NCBI GenBank assembly: GCA_012026655.1
Contig: JAAILG010000178.1
Span: 1 to 64,000, forward strand
From: Hydrolagus affinis
Lineage: Eukaryota
Length of the DNA: 64,000 nucleotides
Direction: 5' to 3'
Shown here: positions 14,281-28,230 of the stretch, one piece after another
Layout of the letters: every line of letters begins with the position of its first letter
How positions within the stretch are numbered: the first letter of the stretch is position 1
Translations under genes and position numbers: made by a program
Notes under the pieces: model-generated
Databases searched by the model: none
What the model saw: the letters and a program-made list of their open reading frames with translations, nothing else
What the model was told of the DNA's origin: nothing

Positions 14281-15622
14281 AAAAGTAAATCTGGAACAGT
14301 TATAATATGTAACAGTGTTTTAAGACCATTGGGCCTGTGTCCTTGGATATGGAGAAAGTGGAAGCTATCGTTGTTTCCTGTGTGCACTCAACCACTATGA
14401 GATAGCAAGACTGTTTACGGACACAACTATTAATAAAATGGGATTTGATGGATCATGGTTCTTAGGACCTTATAACTAGATTTGGAGGTTGTCTGTTGGG
14501 TACTTGCACTTTATCTTCCAGCACAATATAAACTCCAGGAGGTTGCAGCTGTACTTCAAGAATATAAAGCTGTTGCAAGGATGGAATATTGCACGAACAA
14601 GCCAGACAGGTGCAACAACTTTTCTTCATTATGGGAATGCCGCTTAGGATGTCGTACATGCATCACTGACACTTCATCCATCATAGGGCGGCACTGTTTC
14701 TGATTACTGCTATCATCTCTGGCCAGTCCAGGCCTGGCTGTACAAGCACAGTTGAACATATTGTGATGGCAACATACCAACAGCTAGAGGTTATGGTTTG
14801 GCAATGAGCCAATTTGCTTGCATCATACAATAGAATAATTAGTGTGCCCACATTTAGTTAACAAGGAGACTGGAGACCAGCTGTTAGGTAGGCTCGGACT
14901 ACTCCAGCTGATGAAATTAATGGCAGAATGCAAAACAGCACCTTACTTAACAAGACATTTGTGGTTTGAGTTGCACAAAACTGATCTGCCATTGAGAAAT
15001 TGTACTGAAAGGTCTTATTTGTATCTTCAGAATGAAAGACTCAGCTAAAATACAACAGCCACACTTCTGTAAGTCATTTGAATGGGATTACTTTTATTAT
15101 GAGGAAAGGTTAGTCAAGCCATTTACAATCAACCTACTACAGTCTCACTGTGCGAACAAATGATAGGTGACATATAAATTGTACGCTTTCAATTTGAAAT
15201 GAAATAAAACGAAAAAAGGACCCATTTCATCAGCAGCCACTGAAATTCAATACTGCTTTTGCTGAGATCATCAAGATGTGATGTTGGTGGATGCAATAAT
15301 TATCAGGAAGAAACAAAGGAATTTGATTATCGGTATATTATAGAGATAAATCACAATGCCTGTTTTGAAATTATGTGTTGGAAGTTGTAAAAGAAAAGGT
15401 AGTTGATTCGTCAATGTGTAAGTAACAGCGATTTGAAATTACATTCATTTGTCGTTTCATTGTTATTAAAGGACCTTGGAGGATTTAAATGGAAAATTTG
15501 TGTTGTAAAGGCATTCCATTTTAGAGCAGAAATGCAACTGTAGCTCTCGCAAGATTTATGCTACAAAAACATTTCATGAAACATGTGTGCGCATCCTATG
15601 TGAGCGTAAGTCTGTGTCAGAT

Positions 15623-15626
<4 letters not shown>

Positions 15627-15658
<32 letters not shown>
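15627..15658. repeat. (TG)n microsatellite
   Basis: Directly visible run of about 16 units. Confidence 0.95.
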
Positions 15659-15660
<2 letters not shown>

Positions 15661-16189
15661 GGGAAAGGTGAGAGTGTGGGTGAGTGAGTGTGTAGGAAAG
15701 TGAGTGTGTTATGCGCATGCTTGTAGCTGTAGTCAAATTACTGCTTCAGCCAAAGGTTCCCACCTTTGTCACAGCTGACACATGACATCTATGTTCCGCG
15801 GCCAGTCAGCGGCACATCTCAGTTCATAACCCACACAAGTCAAGGATTGCAGAATGGAACTGTACAGCCTGATGACAGTTGCCACCACTTGCATTTCAAG
15901 GAAAACAAATGTCTTCTATTAGTTATGAATGAAATGCATTAAAAAAAAGCTTCATTCATCACCAACGAAAAGGACACCAAATAAAGATGTCATTCAGCAC
16001 GAGATACTCTTTTTTTTCCCTTTGGATTAATATCTGTCTATTCCACCTTCGGCGCCATACACTAGAGATTAATCTTCAGCTGTGCAGCGCTGCATAACAT
16101 GAATGTAATTATTGAATAATGTAGAATTGTCAATTTTGCATCCAGGTAAGAGAACATCCCAACACTGTGAGGAGAAAACAAACAGAACT

Positions 16190-16515
16190 CTACAGTATAT
16201 TCTGTGAATCCCTTTGAGACGCATCAAAAACGCGATAAGCAGTATACCATAACAAAAGGATTATTTATTGTTTTTAATTCTTTTTTGGCTGGGCACAGAT
16301 TGACACCGACATTTGAGGTCATGAAGGTGTGCCGATTTCTCCCTGCTGAAGGGAGAAAAGAGGTTGCATTGGATAAACGCTTATGACCAGAAGACCAAAA
16401 ATATAACAGCAATAGTAATCCTTGCATTTGATGTAGCGCCTTATTACATTGTTGCCACATCTCAAAGTGCTTCAAAGAATATATACTGTAGAGTGAATTG
16501 ACTGTATATTTTCGA
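16190..16515. mobile_element. Two SINE 3' fragments, tail-to-tail inverted (16190-16270 +, 16410-16515 -)
   Basis: tacagtatattctgtgaa...tttgagacg on plus and ctcaaagtgcttcaaagaatatatactgta in the opposite orientation. Confidence 0.7.
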
Positions 16516-17291
16516 GGCTTGATATCCACATATATCAAGTATATCACATTCGTGTTACAGAAACGCACCCAGTGTCAACATCAAAAATGGGAATTCGCAC
16601 ACGCATCGTTAGCGTATGATTTAAAATCATTGAGAAAAAGATGAATATGTACCACAATGGCTGCCAAGAAAATGCCATTTCACAATTAAGTTGTTCACAG
16701 CGACAACAGCCACCATTTAGGCCACCTGAGGTTTTTAATGATCAGTTGATTTATTCAAAGAATTAGGACGTCCGTGACATAATGATTTAAGTTCCAGTCT
16801 ACAGTGGACCTTGTCATGTAATCTTGAAAAATGAAAACGCACATGTTAATTCTGTACAAACTAATTGGTACAAATTTATCATTGTCGTATGGATATTCAT
16901 GAATACCGTTTGAATAAATAAAGCGACAGCAGCCTTGTGACTAAACCTGATGCTTTCCAGATTGTTTAATATTGTACCTGGGGAAAGAATTGCCGATTCC
17001 TTGAAGGGAAACGTGGAACGCGTGGAGGTTACCTTCAGAAGCATGTATAGAAAGGGCCTCCCTGAATGTAATTCTCAGAAAATATAAGGGAAAACACACC
17101 CTTGAAACTCTTAAAAAAAAACAACAAAGATGCACAGTTATTAACTGATAGATCTCAGGAGATAATTAGAACTTCAGGTCCACTATCAATCATTGTCAGG
17201 TACAGCTGAGCTCATATTCGAAATGGATCTGTCGGCACACAAAACAAACCCCAAATTGTACTCTGAAACATTAAGGCTCACAACATTTCTT

Positions 17292-17293
<2 letters not shown>

Positions 17294-17322
<29 letters not shown>
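17294..17322. repeat. (AT)n microsatellite
   Basis: Directly visible. Other AT-rich runs at ~23758-23786 and ~45003-45075. Confidence 0.95.
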
Positions 17323-17325
<3 letters not shown>

Positions 17326-19407
17326 CTGTCAAAATTATCATCGACATTTCTGATCTGACTTTCAATTTCTGATTTTCCTTTGATTTTTTTTTCCCTTTAA
17401 TTGTTTTGTTTTTTCTTCGAACTGAATTGCTGACGACACAGTTGAGCCCGACCTGCGAAAGGGAACTGAATTAACATCCACAGATACAGTCATTAACTCA
17501 GGGTGCTTCAGTGACTATGTCACTTCAGCTGTGTGTGTGTTAATTAATCTCCCTCACACTGCACAATCAGCCTAAGCAACTCCAACAAGCTAGTTTCCCG
17601 GATGATATCCAATACGTTTCTTTTAAAAAGAAAAACAAATGAACAGAAATACAGTACTACTCTAGTGCCTACAAGCGGAGCAGGGTGTGGAAAATGCTTG
17701 GGTTGGGCTTTTTAATGATCAGGGCTTCACAACATTTAGTAACAGATTAAGGCTGAAGGGAAATTGCACTCCTGTCACCCAGCTAACACCTAGTGATCCC
17801 ACAAAACAAAAATGCAAAACAATTGCAACATGGAAGTATAAATTCCAGTCCCTACAACACTCTGATACTCTGTTACTCTTCCCCTTTTCCTTAATGCAAA
17901 GAGAAAAACACAGAGGTTCAAGCTCTCCTTATTTGGTGCAAGATTTTCCATTAGTGCTTATCACAACACGGCTGCTGGAGTAACCAAACTCTGCCTCTGT
18001 ACGGTCCACGTCTGTCTTACAATCAACAGCGAGCTTTTAGCTTGATGCCATAACGGTGGAACGTTTTTCATTGTTACATTTTGAGAACTAGTACATGGTA
18101 CAGAAGGGTAATGGTATTCAATCAGGCAGTTGTATAGTAAATGACTACTGTCTATAAGCAGGCACTTGTGCAACTGCTGATTTTTGCTGACTGACACCAG
18201 AGGGTCCGGTAATTGAATTTTGTGGTTCTATATTTTCATATTACCTGGAATATACCAAGTAGATCTACTAGAGTGACCAGCACTCATGCTAAACGTTTAC
18301 ACCTTCTTGTCGTAATGGTTCTTCAACACTCTCTATTGATTAGAACCTTTCTCTCAAGTCCTGTCTACACACCCCACTTTTTTCTGCAATGAACACAACG
18401 GATACACAGGGAGGACTTCAGTCAGTTTAATCTGTTCGGAAATATGTTCCTCCGTGGAGTGTTAGTTATTTTAGTTAACACTGGCTGGAGACCGCAAAAG
18501 GTACGTTTTACTGCTTCAACAGATGTGCATTGAAAAAATATCAACACATTCATTGTAAACCTCGGATAATGGTAGATAATTCAGTAATACTTTGCTGAAG
18601 CTCTAGCAATGATATACAGTGCACAGTAGGGAATAGGAACATAGAAATGATATAACATCAGTATGCCCTATACTTTTAACCAAAGGAAAATGCCAGGTGG
18701 CTTACGGAAACATTATATTGGAGAATCCATCAATGTAGACTTGTTTTGATAAATTCTGGAACATGTGTAAGGGAACATTTCCATTGGCATCGCTTGTAAC
18801 TAGTCTTGTAACTGGATAATTTAATTTTCCAATTTAACTGGATGAATGGTTAAAATGGGCAGAAATCTATATTAGACGCACGCAAGGTAGCCTTTTTTTT
18901 TCCACAGGAGACAACGCTCTGCTCTATTAAACCTAGAAGGATTTCCTAAAGTCACTGATTCCTAAACATATGCACTGTGTTAATTTGATGTTCATCCAAA
19001 TTCAGCGCATATACCCAAATTTAGGCATTTTGTGAAGCCAAAGCCAAGAGCCATTCCCAACACTAAAATGTTGCATTCAGCTCTCCCTAGCAAATTGTCG
19101 ACAAACAGACACAGTTCATCCAGAGCAATTCCACACGGGAAAGTGGATGCAAACGCACTTGTACGTTGCCAGGGTCGTGAATGCAAACTCAGCCCCTCTT
19201 ACGATCCCCCACAGAATGATCAACTCAACAAGCCTGCCAGGAACACAGATGCATACTTCACTACAGCACTGCCAGGGATTTGATGCTGCCAGGGCAAATG
19301 ATGCATGTTGTGTTGCAAACAGCACAAAGGATTCAATATTCTGGCCAACAAACTGCCACAGAAATGGATACATACTGTATCAGAAGTAGCACAAGGATGG
19401 CATTTCA

Positions 19408-19478
19408 CCCCCCCACCCCCCCCCCCCCACCCACTCCACCCTCCTTCCCCTCCTTCCCCACTCTACCCCCCTCCCTCT
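19408..19478. repeat. Poly-C / C-rich tract (G-quadruplex-capable on the minus strand)
   Basis: ccccccacccccccccccccacccactccaccctccttcccc... Confidence 0.85.
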
Positions 19479-20478
19479 TGTCTAGTGCCAAAAAATTGCA
19501 CACATTTGGAAAAATATTTATACAGTCATCTTTAATCACATATCATAGAGTGCTCATTGCCATAGTGGTGGATCATTATTATAGAATAGAGATTAGTTGG
19601 AAAATGATGTGGTTCATTTGTGAAAACATCTGATTTTGTGCTAGGTTTGCGATTTGGTTCATCTTTCTTCCTCTCTGTCTCTCGCAATCCCTTCTGCGGT
19701 CAAATTATTTCTGCAAGAACCTGCATTGGAGGGCTATGCAGATAACTGCTGAAATAGCCACAAGTTCAACCTCTCCATTCCTATTAATGTAGCTGTGTAA
19801 AGTGAGATGATTTCAAGAGTATAGACTTTCAGCCACATATTCCTAGCTATAAAAATTAATGATACCTGTTCCCCAGCCTGATGAAATATAGCCACACTCT
19901 CATGTAAAAGTTATGGCAGATATCAAAGCTTTTATGACAAACTTATTTTACACAGATCTACATTTCCATTCCAATATTACTGACCTTCTCTCTGACATGC
20001 TTCATCACGATGTAGAAAATACGTTTTCACACCGTCGTCGAAACTTCGCTTCTTCTCTGTCTTCTGCCTTTGTTTCCTCTCGTCTCTGTAATGTTTTCCA
20101 GTATGCTCTAATATAATTAATAGACTATGTCAAAGTGAATCTACATTTCATTAACCAACATCTGTGTTGTGACAGATAAGTCGTAAAGCATGGCAGTCTC
20201 TTTGGCGCTTTTGTTTTTTTGATTGGCGTAGGTTACATTTACTATCGATTGCATACAAGGTTTACCAATTCACAAATATGTGCGACTGACTCATGACAAT
20301 GGTAACCGTTTGGCTACATGGGCATTTCTGCTTTGCAGCATCAGAATCTTTAGTCACATTCAGATAGCCTTGAAATATCCCATTCATCTCTCCATAAAAC
20401 CCCAGAAAAGAATGACCTAGGTAACCATGCAATTATTCCATATTCTTACAAGAAGATGCAGTCTTTACAACCACCACT

Positions 20479-20860
20479 GATAATAATAATAATAATAATA
20501 ACCTTTGCATTTTGATATTGTGCCCGATCAACAACAAAATTGCATTTATAGAGCGCCTTTCACATCAGGATGACCTCCCAAGGTGCTGATCATATTGTTA
20601 AAATATTTTGAAACTCTTTACAGGATTTACTGTGAATTGTAATAAGTGTATTTTGTGGGCAATACAGCAGCCAATTTGCACAGACCACAAATGGCTAGGA
20701 AATGAAACACCATTTTTTAAAAATCTTGAGGATTGTTGGCTGGGATAGAGGGAGAGACTCATTCTCCCCTCTCTTTTCGAACAGTGCCATGGGATCTTTA
20801 ACCTCAGTTTAACGTTTTCAGTCAAACAACAGAACCTCTGACATTGCAGCATACTCCTGC
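20479..20860 (-). mobile_element. Cluster of SINE/L2 tails plus a DeuSINE fragment
   Basis: (TAA)n tail, then acaacaaaattgcatttatagagcgcctttcac (L2-type tail), then ctcccctctcttttcgaacagtgccatgggatcttt...cctctgacattgcagcatactcc (Deu domain). Confidence 0.7.
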
Positions 20861-21449
20861 TTGCGAACAGATGGAATTATTCTTATGACTCGATTTTTTA
20901 ATGGTCACTTGGCTATCTTTCACCACAATGTTTGTTATTATTTTGTTAAGACTAATAATAAAAGCAAAAAACCATTTGTGAAATATATTCGGCTGAAACG
21001 CATCAGGAGACAGGCTGACATTTTATTTATTTCATGTAGATACTATAGAGAGCATTAGCAGAAAGCCTAGCTATTGTGGTACTGTATTAAAGAATAACTT
21101 AAATAAAAAGACTATTAACTGTAGAACAACTTCATTGCAAGTGAGTACACCATTGTAAATGAGCTCCATATTAATTGACAACATTGCCATCTAGTGGTAT
21201 GGCATTGGTTGCTGCAAAGCCCAGATAGACATACCCTCAGCTGAATTCCTTTTCATATTAATAGAAATCACTTTGTTTTCTGAAAATGAAAACCATAAAT
21301 TATTCAGAGAAAGCCTGATAGATTTAGTAATACAGTACTGCAAAGTCTCACCTGGCACAAGACTGGTGCTCACCTGGCATTGTGCAAATGCAACCAAGAC
21401 TTAATTTGTTTTCCCAATTGTGTTTGTTGATATCAAAGTATTCAGTGAT

Positions 21450-21780
21450 CTGGTTAGGCCTCACATAGCACGCTGGGTACAGTTCTGATTACTGTGCTGC
21501 TAGGGGCTACCCGGGCCTGGGGGCGATGCAGAGGACAGCATCAAGGATGATCCCCAGTGTTAGAGGAATAAATCTATCAGTAATGATTAGACAAGTTCTG
21601 TTCTTCATTCTTGAAAAGGAATGAGACTGAGGGGGATCCTTATTGAGGTACGCAAAATTTTAAATGGGATTAAGAAAGTAAGGTGAGAACAATACTTTTG
21701 GATGCACTACCCCAGCAGAATTTAGGCCCCAGCAGGCTTAGGGTTGCAAAGAGCAATTCCAGCACAGATACCAGGAAGTA
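21450..21780 (+). mobile_element. CR1-clade LINE ORF2 3' fragment
   Basis: Degenerate LVRPH...VQF...QRTASRMIP...RLRG(D)LIEV.KILNG motifs. Confidence 0.75.
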
Positions 21781-24700
21781 TACGAGTTGTTGCAAATCAT
21801 ATTAATTTAAGCACTCGAGGACATTAAACCACGTGATGAAGACCGAGGGAGAGAGTTCACATTACACTCCAGATACAGGAAAATTCCCATCTGTAAGCGG
21901 AAAACATGGAACTCTCAAGTCTGGTTTGGATATCGTTGAGCATTGTGATAGGTTTCTACTGGTTGCATATACTAGGCTGACTCCACCCACCGCACACCAA
22001 AAAAGCAACTCAACCACAATTAACACCTGTTGTTTCCGTGTTACCAATTCAGAAACAAAGCTTGGATTATACAGTACTGCATTTTAGTGGCTGGATTGCT
22101 GCCTGATTTAGATGCATTCCAGTTCCCCAAAGTGCTGTATAACAGGGACATGCATCAATGTATTCTTTTCTAGACTCAGTGTTGAGGCCCTAGATTAATA
22201 ATGCTTGTAACTAAAGGAACCTATTTTTAATTGGAAAGTTACAAATTTACGCTATGGATTTCCAATTTGTTGCAAACTCATACAACCTAATGCTAATTTG
22301 ATCTCTTATATATAAAGGTTGCATATTTTTCACCTTAAATCTGCATGCGAACTAGATATTTTCACCTGTAGTAATAAAAATTACATTGTGCACAGAATAT
22401 GGAAATAAACATTTGTCAATGCCACCAACACTATCTGGCATTCTGACATAAAGCACATCCCATTATAGAGCAGCGTAATCCTGAGTATTTATTTGACACA
22501 GATATTCAAATAGCACAGCTGTGAGACTAATATGAAAGTGAATATCAAAGTCATTCTGATGCATAAACACATTTAAACTTTAATGGCCTGATGATATTGT
22601 CTCTAATAGTATCCCAGCCTGGAAAGTCCTATAAATGTAGGTTCACAATACTACATGGCAGAAGAATATCACTGGGGGTCCAAAGCTTATAGCAAGACAG
22701 AAATATTCCCAAGTGTTAGCTATAGCTGTTTGGCATGTGTGCAAACAATTTTGTTACTGATGAAGTCTGAAATTCCTATTGTACTGCACATACCAATATC
22801 AGATTGAAATTGCTGAGTGAAAAAGCATAAAATGAAGAATAATGGAAATAGCTGTATCAAATGAATATTTTTAAAAAATGATTGTCAAATTGCAAGCAGC
22901 CATAAAATGGGAAATTTCTCTGCAACCAGAGGCTTTGTTCTCAACACATTGAATACATAACATTGGTCCGCCACAATTCTAATACAGGGCAACATTCAAT
23001 GAAACAACGTGTGCAAGCTGCTGTTTAAAAATAGTGATAAAATGGACTTGTTAAATTTGTAAAGTTGGCTAAATTCGAGCTGAAATCCATATGCAATAGT
23101 AACATTTATTTAGAAGATTGAATGTGTGTCCTAGTGTGTATTTAAAATGACAGAAAAAGCTAATTCTTGACAATATTGTGCATACATTGCAATTATCTTT
23201 GCTGTGCCTTTTTCGTCAAATAGATCTGTCCAGCTGCTCTCTGAAGCTAACCATGGGAGTTGGTATTCAAATCCCAGAGTCTGCCATAGGCTTCTGATAC
23301 TCAAAGACTTCAATTCATCTTCCTGTCATATTTTCCCGTCAGCTACAAGGCTATTATACAATGAGGTTTATCTTGAAAATATAACATAATCATCATCTAC
23401 CCTTGTCATCTGAAAAAATATATAAATGCTTCATGGTTCAGTGATATATCCAGCCAAATGTTTGTGCTTACTTCTTGATCCACAGTCCCGTTTCATAGAA
23501 TATTTATGAATCAACTATTGTGATGATAATGATCTTCCTAATTGTGCGTTTCATATTGGTTTGCACAGTATGCGGGGTGAAATGATGCTTAAATGTCCCG
23601 ATGTGCTATCTAAATATTTGACGCCCTGCTCATCTTTAATGTGCATCCTACTTTTGTGGCTCGTAAGCTCAAATTGCTAAAATACTTTTGCATTGTGGTA
23701 AGATAAAAAGGACACATGCCCCGAGAGTTATCAAATGCAAACTGCCTGCACCAAATCATATATATATATATATATATAGTATATAGATAACGAAGGTGAC
23801 TTTATTTCAGAGCTCACTATGTTTCTACTTCCATCATTTGAGGATTCATTCTAATAATCATTCTTTAAAAGCCACAAAATATTGAATTTGTAGTTGCTTT
23901 TATGATAGATGATAAATAATGTGCATTTTGAAAGCTACAGAAAGCATTCATTTGTTCAAACACCTGACGAGACAGTGGAAATAGCTGTGTGAAGCACAAC
24001 CGGAACCTGTTGGAAGAAGCTAAATGATTTGGAGATGCTCACAAGCAAGACTTTGATATTTGCACTGACTTTAAGCAGACTGATGCATATTCAACTGAGC
24101 TCGGAATAGGCTGTGTGTAAAGGAATAGTCAAATTAGACCTCATTCTTTCTGCCTGCGGTTATTGCTTAAAAGCACATAAACTCTGTTAAAAATGCCTCA
24201 GTTCAAATTAATGCTCATTCATCCGTGCCAACATTCATTTCGGCTCAACATAAAACTGTTTTGAATTATGAGTTTTGATCTCAGTTTAAGAAACCTTCAG
24301 CAATAATATCAGATTCTCGTGTGCCATTACCTTTGCCGCTTGTCATTAGATCCGACATTACCATTCAAGAGACCCACTTTTACAGAGAAAAGTTTTACGA
24401 GGATACGGAATCCATTCTTGCAATGACCCTCAAAAATATTAACAGTCAATGGAGAGTTTGACCTTGTAGCAATCTGTTGCTTTATTCTTGCAATATGGTT
24501 ATTTTTTCTTTGAAAAGGGGCGTAGACGGGAGATAATCAGTGTAGGGAAAAATCACCACGTATTCGCAGGGCAAATGGGTAGTAGTGCTTGAGACAACCA
24601 GCACACACTCTGAAATCTGTTCTATTTATACTTTTCCACAGCTGAAATGCAAGGTATTGCCAACAATCCCACAGCAACACAACACGATAGACCGCAGCCC

Positions 24701-27700
24701 AAAGTGACAAAGAGCTCCTGAATCGATCATTATTTTTCCACTTCGCCTGACTAACTCGAAAATCACCAACCACTCACTTCAAAGAAAACACAGCTGCAAG
24801 TGACGCAAATACCATTAGGGAGAAAATGAATAATTTTTTTAAAAAAGATTATCATATTACAAAATCAGTCTGCAGGTGCAAGTTGTTAATTTTGCAACTC
24901 ATAGTTTAAGCCTGGGAGACAAGGACTTGCTAGCACTTTGCTCTGAATCACAGCATTGTTAGACCACTATTAAACATGACAGTCTAGGACCCAGTTAAAT
25001 GGAAATTCAGTGCTGCTGGTTTAGAACAAATATGAGAAAGTAGTCTGGAGAGAAAGGACTTGACATCAATTATTGAAGCCAATTCGGTATTATGTGGAGG
25101 CAATGGAGAAAGCGGCAGTCAATGGGATCATGTTCAAAATTCTTTTTTGCCTGCTGACAGTGAAAACCCAATAACACACAGAAAAAAACACATACTTTAG
25201 AGGGTGGTATGATCCGATTTGTGTAAGGCAATGGGCTACGTATGGACTTCCCAATGCCTAGTGTGCTCTGCCGCCATGTGGAATGATATACTTATCTAGC
25301 AATTAAGTTTGTCAATGTAATCCCATCGCAGCACAATTTAATTTGGCAATTTTTTTGTGCTAATTTGGTGCCAGTTTTTAAGAAGACGACAGAACAAAAG
25401 GCACAGTGGGCCAAGTCACTGGCCAAATGACCTGAATCTATCAGATATTATTGAAATATACGGTTTGTGCTCTTCCCTTGTTCATGCCCAAAGAACCAAT
25501 GAGAATAACTGCACGACTTCCTTGATGGATTTTATGCTGGCTGAATTTTTTTTTAAAAAATGCTTAATTAGGTTTTCCTAAAGGAACACCTGTGGTGTGT
25601 TTCTGAGGCCAGTTCTCTGATTTAACCAGGTCAATGGTGTGTTTATCTGTAATTGTTGCTTAGTGTAAGCAAGCAGGACGCAGAAGTAAAACAAAATTAA
25701 CTACAATACTAAGCATTGACTTCATTGAAAAATACATTATGGACTCCCAATTACCCAGCAATCAGTAGCCTTTCACAGTTACATTATGTAATGCTGAAAC
25801 GCTGATTAATTCCACATAAGGAGGCAAATTGCTGCTCATTTGAATGTACAAAGTGCTCCAATTAATAGAAAACGCATTGGAATCATCGTTTTCCATTCCA
25901 TCTAGATTTTCCAAATCCAGGTTTGCTGAAAATAAAATCTTTATCATCACCCAAACATTGATTTTCTGAGGTATTATTATATCCAGAGGCTTAGCGATTT
26001 TCCATTTAATTTGCTCGCCTGTATGTGTATATGTCTATGTGTCACAAATCTGCTTGCAGTAAAAATTAATGCACCTTATAGAATTAAAAGCTTAATGGAA
26101 TTTTAATTTGATTTTCTGTGTTCTCGTGCTAAGCCTGGTACAAAACCTTATTTTAAAATTTGCATGAAGACACATGATCCCTAGCAATGAGGATGACAAA
26201 TTGACTAGTTTATGTTTAATTGTACTTTGATACAAACTGGGGTGAAAACTGGGGTGAAAAGAATAACTGTGCGGGGGATAATGAAGAATGTAATTAATTG
26301 TAAATATGTATGGATATGCAAATTATTTGATTGCACAACTCGTGCTTAAGGACACAAATGCACAGAAGTGTACAGTTAACAGTAATGATTTCCGCCAGTA
26401 GATTAAGAACGGGAAAAAATCTCGACATCTAACTTGCTATAAGGGAATTGAGTGCAGTTGTAAGCACTCGTATCTTCAAATAGATGATTGAAGCTTTGGA
26501 GGTGATTCAGAAAAGAGCTAGAAGCATGGTTTTGAGACTTAAATCTCAAAGCAAATTGAAAGGGAAGACTGATCAAAGTCTTTAAATGATGAAGAGACAG
26601 CTTTGTTTCTGGTTCCAGAGTGACCACAAAGTCCTGGTACTCCTTTTCAAAAATATATACAGTATATATAGTGCACTGACCAACAACTGAAACACTTGGA
26701 ATAATGATGATAGTTTGTACATAGAAGTAACTAATTGTATTCAGTATAAGTGTTTAAGTGTAATTAGACGCCCAGATCGGAGTGTGTGAGTGCCATGATG
26801 TTCATGGCAAATAATGATTTGCCGCTATGTTTGGTGCCACATCTTCCATATCATGATGGAGTCATGAGGCGTAATGCATCTCAGACAGCCTGTGTCAGCT
26901 CCTCCGTAATCTCATATCACTGTTTTGTAACAGGGTGTAAGAGGATTTTGTGGACACCCTATACACTCTTATGTTGGAAGTAGTTCCACCTTATTAACAA
27001 ACGTCCTAAAAGTTGGTCATCTTTGCAACAAATAGCTGAGTCCATACGCATTAAATTAGACAAAGAATATTATCTTTACTACTATTTTCTTCCCTAGAAT
27101 AAACAGTATAGGCTGCGCTTTACTCCACATAATAAATATATTAATTGTCTTAAATAAATACTTTTGATACAACTTTTCTATTTCTTCACAACCAGAAACA
27201 CAGATGGGACCTGCTGCCGAAAAATCTTTTGCAGTGATATCAGCCGCTTATGTCGACAATTTAGCTATATATATATTTTACTGCTATATATATTTATATA
27301 TATATTACTGCTCGTGTGTTGCATGTGAATACTCATGGATTGGGACTGAGGTCAGAAGTGGTGGGCGAGTGGAATTCTTTCTCGTCAGTTACCTTGACAC
27401 ACTGCATAAGATAAAGATTGATTAAAAGACCTCAAAACGGAATATGTGTCAGCTGTTCCATGAAGAAAGTATTTCAAAATCCTAACTCGCATTAAATCGG
27501 AATAAAGAAGAACTAATCGTTTTTAAGTCAGATTTTAAACCAATCCATCTTGACTGCAAAAAACAATAATGTCCCTTTTAGGAAAATGCCACAACATAAT
27601 GAAACAATCTGACACATCTCATCCATTCAGCACATTTTGGCAATGATCCAATGGCAACAGAAACAACAAAAGGTTTTTATTAAGGCCATGGCCTTTCTGC

Positions 27701-28019
27701 TTGGCTCATGGATGTATCAGTCAAATACTGAAAGTAAATGACATGCCATCTGCTTGATCCAATCTCTGTGGTGGTGTAGGGCTGGGCAGCTAAGACACCC
27801 AACTTGTGGAATATCTGTCCATTGCTTCACATTATACTTTCATGTCACATTCGGAGACATACATTACTTATCCAAAAGCATATGGATCTTAGTTTAGAGT
27901 ATACATTGGCATCTAATTGCTTGGTGATAGTGGAAGGAGTGGGAGTAACTGTAGGGGGGAAGCTATCTGCTGATGAAACTGTACAATTCTTACCCCACAG
28001 TCTCATACATTGCTTTCAT

Positions 28020-28230
28020 AGTGTCAAGCTTTTATTTTAATAGAATCATCAGAAGGAGGCCATTCAGTCAATCGTGTCTGTGCCGGCTCTGAAAAAAGCT
28101 GTCCAACTCAATACCACTGGCTCGGTTCCTCTCCATAGCTCTGCAATCTTGTCCTCCCCAAATACCCATCTACTTCCCTCTTAAAAGTTGTTATTGAATC
28201 GGCTTCCGCTACCCTTTCAGGTAATGCATT
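28020..28230 (-). mobile_element. CR1-clade LINE 3' end
   Basis: Minus-strand NALPERVAEADSITTFKREVDGYL (CR1 WN.LP..VV.A.S...FK..LD motif), followed by a gccggcacagacacgattgactgaatggcctccttct 3' UTR. Confidence 0.8.

Noticed and set aside
14462-14780. Overlapping short ORFs with a plausible acceptor at ~14521
   Set aside because: No recognisable domain, weak donor and no compatible partner exons.
18992-19633. Dense stack of 60-117 aa ORFs on both strands
   Set aside because: Explained by locally stop-poor composition and the poly-C tract; no homology or splice structure.
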